From: Naegleria gruberi | Taxonomy: Eukaryota | Length of the DNA stretch: 64,000 bases | Direction: 5' to 3' (one strand) | Assembly (NCBI GenBank): GCA_000004985.1 | Contig: GG738869.1 | Part shown: positions 19,564-29,456 of the stretch, one piece after another | Layout of the letters: the number at the start of each line of letters is the position of its first letter | Position numbering within the stretch: position 1 is the first letter of the stretch | Translations under genes and position numbers: made by a program | The notes under the pieces: generated by a model | The model's input: only the letters and a program-made list of their open reading frames with translations | The model's database searches: none | Told to the model about the DNA's origin: nothing

Positions 19564-22500
19564 ATGGGCAAGATTAATGATGGTGAATGTGTTAATGCTT
19601 TCAATTATGTTAGAGATTTGGAACGTGCAAGAGAACAGTTTGATTCATCGTATTCGGAAAGAACAACTTCTATTGGTGATGATGAAATTCAACATGTTCT
19701 TGATGGACATATGGTCAATTGGATTTTATTACTCCAAAGAGTGTTAAAGATGAGACCAGAATTGCAGAGGCAGATAAAGGAGGATGGAGGTGCTGATTGG
19801 TTGGTTCGTGCAGTGTCTTTAAAAACACATCACCCAGTAATTCATAATATGGCAAGTGCTAAGAAGTTTCTCCAATTAATGAAGAAATTTACAACTTTAC
19901 AAGGTCAACCGTATGCAGAAATGAATTTTGATGAAAAATTTGAAATGCTCAAGGTTGTGACAAGAACATTTCTTGTTACAATGAATGGTTTAGAGCAAGT
20001 CCACAAATGGTTTTTGGATGGTAATCAGGATTTATCTGTGAATCAACTAGAGAATGATAGAGATCACTTTCGTATAAGAATAGTTGAAATTTGCATTAGA
20101 AATTCAACAAGCTTACAAGGACTTGCAGGAGACTTATACTCAGACAATAGTGATCCAAGAGCAATTGTCAAACTCAGAAGTTCACCGAAAGGAAAATACT
20201 CAAAGAGTCGTTATAGATTATATTTTGGTGTTAACACAACCTTGACTGTATTATTTTCCTTTCCAAGAATGGGATTGACATCTCAATTATTTCTTTCAGA
20301 AAATTCAGATTTGGAAAGTTTAAAGGATTTGAAAACTGTTGCAGGAAATTATTGGGGAGAAGAAACAGTTCTCAAGATTAAGCAAGATTTTTGTAATAGC
20401 ATCAATAATGGTAAAAAGCCAACAGTTTCAAAGCAAGATTTTTCAAAATGCAAACATTTGGAAAGAATTTCACAAGAATTTAGAGCTGCTCGAGTTTTGA
20501 AAAGTTATCAAGATTCTCCAATTACAATTGCCGGTTATTCATTTCATCAATTATGTCAAAATACCAGTGGAATGCATTCGTATAAGTATACTTATTATTG
20601 TGGAGATTTGGCTGATGAATTGCCATTGGGAGTGGAAGATGTGAAGGAGTTTTTTATTCCTAGTCATCTCAATCCAGATTTGTACAAACCAGAAAATCAA
20701 TTGAAATTAACAGTTCGTTTATCGCTCTTAAATACTCCAATATCTCCTACGATTAATATTTCAGAATATCAAGTTATTGAAGATGTTGGTCTTTTCACAG
20801 ATGGTTGTGGTTTCATTTCTCCTGATTTAGCAAGAGAAATTTATAGAAAAATTAAACAGGCAGAATCTAGAGAGAAAGTTCACGTATTTGAGAATGCACA
20901 ATACATGGTTGATGTACAGATGATTTATCAAGATTCTGATCCAGTTGAGGATGATATGGATGATAATGTTCCTTCAGCATTTCAGATTCGTTTTAGAGGA
21001 GCAAAAGGCATGCTCCTACAAAATCCAAATGTGAAAGGAATTGTATTAAGAGAATCTATGGTTAAATTCAACGTAGATTTAGATGAAGATCTCGATGAGG
21101 AAGACGAAAGTCTTTCGAATATCCATGTAGTCGGTTATTCAGAACCATCTAATTTTGCATTCGCCAACTCAACAATTTTGTACATGATGAGTGGATGTGT
21201 TGATGGAGGTGAGAAATTTGAGGGAATAATTATGAATATGTGGAAGGATTATGTTAATGACATTTTAAAAACCTATTCTAATGAAGATACTTCCCAATTG
21301 ATGAAGAAATATTTCAAAGAAGGCGATTTTCATGCCTTAAACATTTTCGGATTGACCAAAGATGTTGCACTCGCTTTCCTTGCAGGACCATTCAGAACTC
21401 AATTGTTGAATCTTAAACTCCCTATTCAAAATGCTCGGAGAGTTTACGGAGTTTGTGATCCACTCGAAGTGTTAGAACCAGATGAAGTTTTTGTTAGAAT
21501 TAGAATGGAAGATGGCACTTTGAAAACCTTGGAAGGAACTATTGCCATCACTAAAGAGCCATGTCTTCATAGAGGTGATTTACGTTTGCTGAAAGCTAAG
21601 AAAATAGAGAGTTTAGAATATCTTTCAGAAGTAATTGTTTTTCCTATTAAGGGAGAAAAAAGACCTATTCCTAACATGATTACAGGAAGTGATTTGGATG
21701 GTGACAAATATCTTGTCATTTGGGATGAACCTCTTGTTTCATCTTTCGTCCAACAATTCGAACCTGGAAACTTTGATGAAGAAATTGAAGGAGAAAAACG
21801 TAATTTCGAACCAGATGTTTTTAAGGACTGGATAGGATTGAGACATTCCTATGTAGATTCGTATGGATATGAATGGAGTAAAGGTGAGAATTGGAAAACC
21901 ATGCAAAGACTTTCAGATATTGTAAATATGGCTGTCGATGCACCTAAAAAGGGGAAAACATTCAAGGCAGGTGCAATGGAGAAGGATATTGTTAGAAACT
22001 TTCCGAAATATCCTCATTTCCATAATTCAAAGACAAAGGAAGCTGTTAGAGTGAGTACTTCAGTTGTTGGGAAAATGTATGATTTTGCAATTGATAGAGT
22101 TACTGAGCGTTTTAAATTTCAGCCAGTTACTGACAAGCGTCAAACATCAACTGACGACAAGGAATATTTATTCTTGGATAATTTATACCAAGTATTGCGA
22201 AGGAATAAGGATATTTCAGTCAATCAGTTTTTGAACTTTATTTGGAAACATTTTTCAAACATTTTATTGAGAAGCACTACAATTCAATTTGCTTCTGAGT
22301 TTTTAGATTCGTTTTGGAGATTCTTATGTATGTTGACAATACGAAAAGAGAAAACTATTATATTGTGTTGTCTTAACACAACTGTTGATAAGGTTAATAA
22401 CAGTTCTATGAATGCAATTATTAGCGAAATGACAAAGAGCGATAATTTAGTACTAATGGTTCAAGGAATATCCGAAACTAAACTCAAATTCAAAGAAGAT

Positions 22501-24555
22501 TTGCAAAATGACAAGATACATGACTCCTCTGCATGTTCTTTATTCAAATTTTCCAACTCGAATGTTGAATTTATTCATTTCCTTTTTTATGAAATATTCT
22601 TTGATGCAGCTTCAAGAATCCAAATTGATCTAGGGTACAATTTGCTTACCAATTATACCCTATCTCAAACCCTATTTGAAAATATTGTAGAACCATCGAC
22701 TTTGAATCCAGTTCTCTTTAAAAAACCAAAAACTATCTTTGAAATAATTTACAAAGCTTGCAATGGCAAAGACTCAGATAGAAAGAAGCATGCATTGTAC
22801 ATTGTTGGACTTTTATTCAAGAATGGTATAATTTTACCTAGAAACTATGATTTGGCTATCAAATGCTTTAAACTGGCACTTTCAAAAGAGAACAATATCC
22901 GAATTGGATTTATACCATATTTGTATAATAGTGAAAAACGACCTGTAATGAAAGAATTGAAGATTCTGGCAAAGGCAGGATATGCTGAAGCACAATACAA
23001 CTTGGGAAGATTAAGCTATTTTGATGGCGATCAATGGTCTGCTTTGGAATGGTTGAAAAAAGCTGCTTTTCAATGTGTTCTTAATATTGAAAACAGAGGA
23101 TTGGATAAGAAGAACACTCTTTACTTTTTATCAAATCTCTACAGGGATGGTACTATTGTTGAGTGGAATAATGATAGATATCTTCAATTATTGGAAGAAT
23201 CTGCTAAATTAGGATCTATTGATGCAATGTACAAGATTGGAAGAAGGATGGAGTTGACCAAACAGTATTCATTTGCTTGTTTTTGGTATGAGAGAGCAGC
23301 CTATGAGGGAATATTAGAAAATTATTTGCAAGGTTATGGAATGAAAAACTCTTGTCGATTCAGCTTGGAAATTGATGAATATGGAATTGATTCAATGAAT
23401 AGATTGCCACCTCTTCCATTGCAAAATGATCTACAAGTTGAAATTCAACTTGATATTTCAATAGAAAGTCCTCTCTTGAAGAAAAATATGCTATTTGTGC
23501 AGAGTTCAAATCCAGTTTTCCAAACTTTTTGTAATGATGGAACAATTATTCCACCAAACGAAATTGAAGAATTTACCAAGATTCTCCCAAGTTCTAATAT
23601 ATTACAAAAGAAATATGAAAGGAAATATGAAAGCATCCATGACTCAGCAAAGAGAACTATGGAAAAAGCAGAAAAAATGCTGAAATTGGCTAACCAAACT
23701 ATTGCTCATATAGATAGAATTTTAAACAAGGGAAAGAGTTCAGATTCGAAAGAATCTCCTCTTGAAAATGAGAGTAAAGAAGAAGTAGAAGAAATATCTA
23801 CTGAACAAATATCAACTGAACAAGAAGATACAAAAGAATCTATTATTCCACACACAAAATGGAAACTGATTTATAGAGGAAGTAAGGATGGATACGAATC
23901 TAATGATTTCCATAGAAAGTGTGATGATAAAGGTTCCACTTTCATCATAGTCAAGACTAAAGAGGACGAAATATTTGGAGGATATACAACCCAAACTTGG
24001 AAAATTCCCCAAGCAAATATCTTTGGACACACACAACGAAACGATGAAAATGCATTCTTATTCATTCGTTCCAAGAGTCGCAAATATTTTAAACTTCCAA
24101 TCACAAATCAACCAAGTATTGATTGTACTCACGCAAGATTAATTGACTTTCTTGATTTTACCATACCAAATAATTGTGATATAATTCCAGGACATACTAA
24201 TTTCGGAATGAATTATCAACTTCCAAAATGGTCTAAGGGAAATGGATTCAGTTTTAGTGAATCTCTTGATAATAGAAGAAGTTTTTATGTGGAAGAAATT
24301 GAAGTTTATTCATTAATAGATTCTGAAGATGAAAATAGTCCACTCATGTCTGGATCAATCAATCTTTCTCAGATAAGAACAGATGGTCCTATGTTTAATT
24401 GGGATGATTATTTGAGCTACGTTAGAGCACGAAATAGTGATCCTTATGGTACAAGAGCATACACAGAAAGTGTAAGACAAGCAAGAATTTCAAGTGATGA
24501 AGGAATTGAAAGATTGAAAGACAAGTTGCGTCTAATGGGAGTTTTCAAGGAATAG
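19564..24555 (+). CDS. cellular RNA-dependent RNA polymerase (RDR/QDE-1/EGO-1 family) fused to C-terminal Sel1-like repeats and a TLDc domain
   Basis: Uninterrupted 1702-codon ORF (19447-24555); the first ATG is at 19564. The catalytic core has AFQIRFRGAKGMLLQNP and the cellular-RdRP signature GSDLDGDKYLVIWDE (DLDGD, about 21690). Residues around 22900-23300 carry Sel1-type repeats (AEAQYNLGRLSYF..., AMYKIGRRMEL...). The C-terminus (about 23850-24300) has WKLIYRGSKDGYESNDFHRKCDDKGSTFIIVKTKEDEIFGGYTTQTWK, typical of TLDc. Confidence 0.8.
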   Translation: MGKINDGECVNAFNYVRDLERAREQFDSSYSERTTSIGDDEIQHVLDGHMVNWILLLQRVLKMRPELQRQIKEDGGADWLVRAVSLKTHHPVIHNMASAKKFLQLMKKFTTLQGQPYAEMNFDEKFEMLKVVTRTFLVTMNGLEQVHKWFLDGNQDLSVNQLENDRDHFRIRIVEICIRNSTSLQGLAGDLYSDNSDPRAIVKLRSSPKGKYSKSRYRLYFGVNTTLTVLFSFPRMGLTSQLFLSENSDLESLKDLKTVAGNYWGEETVLKIKQDFCNSINNGKKPTVSKQDFSKCKHLERISQEFRAARVLKSYQDSPITIAGYSFHQLCQNTSGMHSYKYTYYCGDLADELPLGVEDVKEFFIPSHLNPDLYKPENQLKLTVRLSLLNTPISPTINISEYQVIEDVGLFTDGCGFISPDLAREIYRKIKQAESREKVHVFENAQYMVDVQMIYQDSDPVEDDMDDNVPSAFQIRFRGAKGMLLQNPNVKGIVLRESMVKFNVDLDEDLDEEDESLSNIHVVGYSEPSNFAFANSTILYMMSGCVDGGEKFEGIIMNMWKDYVNDILKTYSNEDTSQLMKKYFKEGDFHALNIFGLTKDVALAFLAGPFRTQLLNLKLPIQNARRVYGVCDPLEVLEPDEVFVRIRMEDGTLKTLEGTIAITKEPCLHRGDLRLLKAKKIESLEYLSEVIVFPIKGEKRPIPNMITGSDLDGDKYLVIWDEPLVSSFVQQFEPGNFDEEIEGEKRNFEPDVFKDWIGLRHSYVDSYGYEWSKGENWKTMQRLSDIVNMAVDAPKKGKTFKAGAMEKDIVRNFPKYPHFHNSKTKEAVRVSTSVVGKMYDFAIDRVTERFKFQPVTDKRQTSTDDKEYLFLDNLYQVLRRNKDISVNQFLNFIWKHFSNILLRSTTIQFASEFLDSFWRFLCMLTIRKEKTIILCCLNTTVDKVNNSSMNAIISEMTKSDNLVLMVQGISETKLKFKEDLQNDKIHDSSACSLFKFSNSNVEFIHFLFYEIFFDAASRIQIDLGYNLLTNYTLSQTLFENIVEPSTLNPVLFKKPKTIFEIIYKACNGKDSDRKKHALYIVGLLFKNGIILPRNYDLAIKCFKLALSKENNIRIGFIPYLYNSEKRPVMKELKILAKAGYAEAQYNLGRLSYFDGDQWSALEWLKKAAFQCVLNIENRGLDKKNTLYFLSNLYRDGTIVEWNNDRYLQLLEESAKLGSIDAMYKIGRRMELTKQYSFACFWYERAAYEGILENYLQGYGMKNSCRFSLEIDEYGIDSMNRLPPLPLQNDLQVEIQLDISIESPLLKKNMLFVQSSNPVFQTFCNDGTIIPPNEIEEFTKILPSSNILQKKYERKYESIHDSAKRTMEKAEKMLKLANQTIAHIDRILNKGKSSDSKESPLENESKEEVEEISTEQISTEQEDTKESIIPHTKWKLIYRGSKDGYESNDFHRKCDDKGSTFIIVKTKEDEIFGGYTTQTWKIPQANIFGHTQRNDENAFLFIRSKSRKYFKLPITNQPSIDCTHARLIDFLDFTIPNNCDIIPGHTNFGMNYQLPKWSKGNGFSFSESLDNRRSFYVEEIEVYSLIDSEDENSPLMSGSINLSQIRTDGPMFNWDDYLSYVRARNSDPYGTRAYTESVRQARISSDEGIERLKDKLRLMGVFKE

Positions 24556-25144
24556 TGTATTTATTTAAAGTTTAAAAGGATTCATTCCAAAACAAAGATA
24601 CCTTCTCTTCCCTCTCTGAAGAATGTCATGAAGAATATTTCAATTTCCAGTGATTTGCAATGTCTGTGCTCCAATCTACAAATAAAATTACAAAAATCTG
24701 AATCAAATCCATGAGACTGATCAATTAAAAAACACTAATCGGACCGAGTGTGAAATTCCTGACAATTCAATGGATGGAAATTTTGGAATTTGTACAGCGT
24801 TACGTTTCTTTTCCCCAAATGTAAAGAATCAAATTAGAAAGTTAGACCTGACTGATTCCATACATCTATTGAAATCCCTTGAATTGAATGAACACCCATT
24901 TATGTGTAATAATCATTCCTAACTTGTGAAATATTTTGGCGTGAAGATTGATTCCTTGATGCGTGGGGGCATTTTTTCCTTAATTCCTTACAGGAACAAC
25001 AGTAAAGTGAATGTTGAAAAATTGCTTTGATGAAGAATATAAAATAAACCTAGGGGATTCACAATGAAATAGTTCACGATTGTATTAATTTCTTGTTTTG
25101 TATCAGGGAAAAAACTGTTAATAGAACTATTTCAAGAAATCCAG

Positions 25145-26812
25145 TTACTCATATTCAATCCCAGTTAAAGATTGCATTTCTGTACCAAAGCTTTTAATGA
25201 TTCGAATCTCTTGAGAAGTAAGATTCGATTGATTCAAATGGTTTAATCTGTCCTTGGCCTTCTCTATTTGAAGATCAATTGTCCTTTGATTGTCTTCTGC
25301 TAGGATCGTAATCTGTTCAATATTTGATTTAATCTCCTCCAACTGGTGTTTATGTGTGTCCTCAAAAGATGATGACAGAATAGATGTTAAATAGTGATCT
25401 TTAAAATCTTTGGGTTGCTGCCTTGCACTAATCTTGTTTTGAAGAAGTTGTAAGTTCTCAATAACTTTCTTCCATAAAAACTGTAAGAATCTATTGTTGA
25501 TATTTTTGAAATAGAAACAATTCTCAGCTGCAGGATATTTGAGAGTAGTGAGGTCTGTCAACAAGTTGTAAAATTGAAAAACAGAAAAGTAATACAAATC
25601 GAAGCAGAGAGTATTGCTTCCACTAACAGGCATCGATTCTGAAGAGTGGGAAATGTGTGAAAAGGACTGTGTTTCAAAAACAAGATGGAAATTATGAATA
25701 CAGACTAACAAAGCATTCAACAACTCATTTCTATCCATTTCTAACTTATTCTTGACAACAAGTTGACAAACTAATGCCAGTTTGTGAGCTTTGGTTTGGA
25801 AAGAATCAATTGAAAGGAATGTACTGTTGATGGTTTTGTACAAACTTAACATCTGCTGGTTTGAGTCGTTAGAGTTTCCAATTCGTAATAAATCCTCAAG
25901 GAAATTTTGTGATTTGAACTCTTTTCGTGATACACATTTTAAATCTTCACCAAACTTGAAAGAAGATGAAGGAATAATATCTGGTCTTAGGTTTCTTGTA
26001 ATATTACTATACAGTATTTCACAAAAAGTGTCAGAAGAGAACAACAATGACCCCAAATTTGAAGTTGATATCCTTCTAGAAAGAAACTCTACAAGTTGGG
26101 ATAACAGTGGAGAAAATGTCTGTTTGAATTTTACAATGAATGAATTTCCTATCTGCAACATGAGAGTTTCAGCTCCCAGAGGATCAACTACACTTGCAAA
26201 ACTGGAAAGTATAAAAGCATCTCCAAGCAATTCTAAACAAGGTTGTTTCTTATAGATATTAAAGAGAATCATGGCCATGCAAGTAAGATCACTAGGTTCT
26301 AGCTTATCTGAGTTATAGAGCATCAAGTCACAATGTTCAATGCATTGTTCAACCTGATCAAGGGATGGTTTATCAATATAGTTAAATGCAAGTAAAACCA
26401 TGAGAGCAGATGTTCTCTCAAAATTCTCAAAAGAAACTTTTACGGCATCCATTCTTTCTAATAGATTTGTTGTTGGTTTTACGGTTGTTCCATCCCGTTT
26501 TGATATTTCAATTGAGAGGAGGCATTCAGCAAGTTTACACAGAGTTCCCTGCTCTTCAAGTGAAGAGTTTGATTCAATCAATTTGGAAAGACTCATTAGT
26601 ATTGGGAACAGTGATGTAAGCTCTTGAGAAACCATCTTGGAGATGATACTACCGTCTTGTGGTATCCTCTGGAATTTGATAACCAAAGAAAGAGATTGAT
26701 TCAAAACATGGTTCATGTGACTGTGGAATAAGTTGTCGTCCTCTGATGATTCGGGTGCTTGCCTGAAATTGTTGCTTCCATGAATAAATCCATCACTATA
26801 CACCTTCTTCAT
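25145..26812 (-). CDS. hypothetical Leu-rich protein with a C-terminal coiled coil
   Basis: Long ORF. The track start at 26821 is a TTG; the first ATG is at 26812. No recognisable domain. Confidence 0.45.
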   Translation of the reverse strand: MKKVYSDGFIHGSNNFRQAPESSEDDNLFHSHMNHVLNQSLSLVIKFQRIPQDGSIISKMVSQELTSLFPILMSLSKLIESNSSLEEQGTLCKLAECLLSIEISKRDGTTVKPTTNLLERMDAVKVSFENFERTSALMVLLAFNYIDKPSLDQVEQCIEHCDLMLYNSDKLEPSDLTCMAMILFNIYKKQPCLELLGDAFILSSFASVVDPLGAETLMLQIGNSFIVKFKQTFSPLLSQLVEFLSRRISTSNLGSLLFSSDTFCEILYSNITRNLRPDIIPSSSFKFGEDLKCVSRKEFKSQNFLEDLLRIGNSNDSNQQMLSLYKTINSTFLSIDSFQTKAHKLALVCQLVVKNKLEMDRNELLNALLVCIHNFHLVFETQSFSHISHSSESMPVSGSNTLCFDLYYFSVFQFYNLLTDLTTLKYPAAENCFYFKNINNRFLQFLWKKVIENLQLLQNKISARQQPKDFKDHYLTSILSSSFEDTHKHQLEEIKSNIEQITILAEDNQRTIDLQIEKAKDRLNHLNQSNLTSQEIRIIKSFGTEMQSLTGIEYE

Positions 26813-27156
26813 GTGTTGCAAAAATTGGGACCACTATCTTGGGAAGATGTTTTTGTTCCTTCAGCAAAACACGCCTCAAAGAAATCACTAATAACTGGCG
26901 AACGATCACACAAATACATTTTGAGTATGTTGGGTGTGGACTTAATTTTTTTTGAAAATTTAATTATTTGAAATAAGCTAATAAGAGGAATGATACTTGT
27001 GTGCTGATAAAAAACTGTTAGGTAAGAGGAGTCTTTTCAATAGATGTTGGCCAAGGTAGTGCTCTCTTTCATTGCCCTTAATTATATTCTTTCCTTCAAT
27101 GACTGTATCGAGCTCATGAACTTCTTCCTTTTTCTTTCACGAACTTGTTGAGAACA

Positions 27157-27978
27157 ATGAAATGGCTGAAGACAAACACAGGTCATCACAAACATCTCCA
27201 ACTAAAAAAAATGTTCAAAAAGATCTTCTCTCGAGTTTCGAATAATGAAGCCGATGATGACTTGTCCTCTCTTCCCTCCACAAAACACAACATCTTTAAA
27301 GAAACTCTCAGCACGGAATTAATTTTAATAATTGCACAATATTTACCAATTGGAGATTTGAATTCTTTTGCGAGAAGTGATGAATATTTATTGGAAATGA
27401 TTTTTGATTTGACTGTTGAAAAAGTGGAGGCCATTGCAAAGAGAAAACAAGAATTGTTGCAACTTGACCTTGAAAGTAGGATTGTATCGGTCAAAGATCA
27501 GTATAAAGAAAACGAAACTGCACTTGCTCAGACACTTTTGTGGAAACCACTTGTACTTTATTACTTTCCAAATTATTCAGCAAGTTTGAATGTCAAGAAT
27601 TGGATGCATGTCATGAGAAGGAGAGTCATCCATTTACAAAACAAATTTCCACAAGAATTACCACTTTCGAAAATAATTAAAGAAGAATCTGGACCTTTAG
27701 GATCAACATTTAGAAAGAATAAGGACAGACAATTTATTGAGAATTGTGATTGGGAATATGAATGTCCATTGAAGAAGTCTACTGCTTTTAGACATGTTTC
27801 GAAAGGAGTTTCGTTTTGTGCTGTTTGTAAAGAAAATGTTTATGAAGTAATTAGTGACAATGATTTTGAACATCATGTAAAACAAGGTCATTGTGTTTCA
27901 TTCTCCAAATATTTGGTTGAGGAGAAACGTCCACTAATGCGAGGAAAGATTGCATACAGGCCTGCAAACAATCATTAA
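27157..27978 (+). CDS. F-box-like protein with a C-terminal Cys/His zinc-binding-like motif (hypothetical)
   Basis: LSTELILIIAQYLPIGDLNSFARSDEYL is F-box-like. C-terminal CAVCKENVYEVISDNDFEHHVKQGHC. Confidence 0.45.
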   Translation: MKWLKTNTGHHKHLQLKKMFKKIFSRVSNNEADDDLSSLPSTKHNIFKETLSTELILIIAQYLPIGDLNSFARSDEYLLEMIFDLTVEKVEAIAKRKQELLQLDLESRIVSVKDQYKENETALAQTLLWKPLVLYYFPNYSASLNVKNWMHVMRRRVIHLQNKFPQELPLSKIIKEESGPLGSTFRKNKDRQFIENCDWEYECPLKKSTAFRHVSKGVSFCAVCKENVYEVISDNDFEHHVKQGHCVSFSKYLVEEKRPLMRGKIAYRPANNH

Positions 27979-28206
27979 ACTAAACTACTAATGCTTTACA
28001 ACATTTTCTGTTCTATTTAAATCTAACTAATCATTTTCAAATCATTCTCTACAAAATCAATCTCAATATTATAACATCGTATAATAAAACCAATGAATCA
28101 TCGCAATAGGACACCTAGGAAGTACGAGGATATCGACACAAATATGGAGAGGAAATCTTTACAATCACCCCAATTATAAATCCTACATTTCCTACACATT
28201 AAAAAA

Positions 28207-28940
28207 ATGTCTTCAGTTGAATTTCTCAAAGCACCTCTTCATGATTTGTTTGCTTGGGCACGTGTTGGTTCCATGTGGCCAGTAACCTTTGGTTTGGCAT
28301 GTTGTGCAGTGGAAATGATGCATGCTTCTGCTTCTGTAAGTTTAACTAATTTCACATTCGAAACCAAGGTTGATTTCTCTCTAATATATAGAGATATGAC
28401 TTGGAAAGAAAGGGTATCTTCTTTAGACCTACTCCTCGTCAAGCTGATGCCATGATCATTGCTGGAACTTTGACAAATAAGATGGCACCAGCTCTTCGTA
28501 AAGTTTGGGATCAGATGGCTGAGCCACGTTACTCAATTTCAATGGGAAGTTGTGCAAATGGAGGTGGTTATTATCACTTCTCATATCATGTTGTCAGAGG
28601 TGCTGATCAAATTGTTCCTGTGGATGTTTATGTACCTGGTTGTCCTCCAAGTAAGTTTAATTTCATTTAGAATTGTTTGTTGGATTGAGAATGGTGAATT
28701 TGCACAATGTGAATTTCGATGGTTGATAGCTTGTGTGAGTATTTTTTATTGAAAATTTGATGAAATGTTTACAATGAATTTATGGAACTTTAGGAAGCTT
28801 TGATTTATGGTATTTACATGCTTCAAAAGAAGATTAAGAGAAATCCATACAAGCCAGAGATTATGGAGCAAGATTTCAACATGCCAGGAAAAGTGTATCG
28901 TCCAACTGATTCTAATAATCATCATTTGAATCAATTGTAA
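28207..28940 (+). CDS. NDUFS7: NADH:ubiquinone oxidoreductase 20-kDa PSST subunit (NDUFS7 / NuoB / Nad10). Exons 28207-28335, 28392-28650 (or 28656) and 28794-28940.
   Basis: [18 protein letters not shown] | [86 protein letters not shown] | [16 protein letters not shown]. Nearly invariant NuoB sequence with all four Fe-S cluster N2 cysteines. Intron 1 is 28336-28391 (GTAAGT...ATATAG). Intron 2 ends at 28793. Its donor is either GTAAGT at 28651, which needs a shorter junction, or GTTTAA at 28657, which gives PPSKEALIYG. Confidence 0.85.
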
Positions 28941-29456
28941 AGAGTTTATTCGAATCTGTAATGGGCTTGTCCCAACACAATCAATATGGGAATTTGAAAA
29001 CTGCTTGTGTCAACAGCAAATTAGAATAATAAAAATTGAAAATTTTCTTTAAATTAACAAATTACCTAATCTCAATTTGAAAGATTACAAAAAATTTCTT
29101 TCGTTCTCTTGCCATCCTTCTCCATTTTCAACCAAACCAACCTTTCTCCACAGATTCACACAAGCAAAAACTCTATTTCTATAACCACGCAATACCAAAT
29201 CCAAAACAGCGCCAACAATTTTTGACCTGTAGTTCATCCTCAAAATAGTTAATTCTTCCGATCCATTTGCGTCCGCCAACAAGAATAGAAAGTTTGGAAA
29301 AAATTGAAAAAAAAATCAAAACAACAACAAACCTTTTTCAAAGCCTTTTTTTTGAAAGAACGAATTCAAGTGGTTATCATTCTCTGTTCCGAGCATTGAT
29401 TCTTTTTGTAAATAAGAAATAACAACAATTAAGAGAGAATATAAATTATTAGATAC

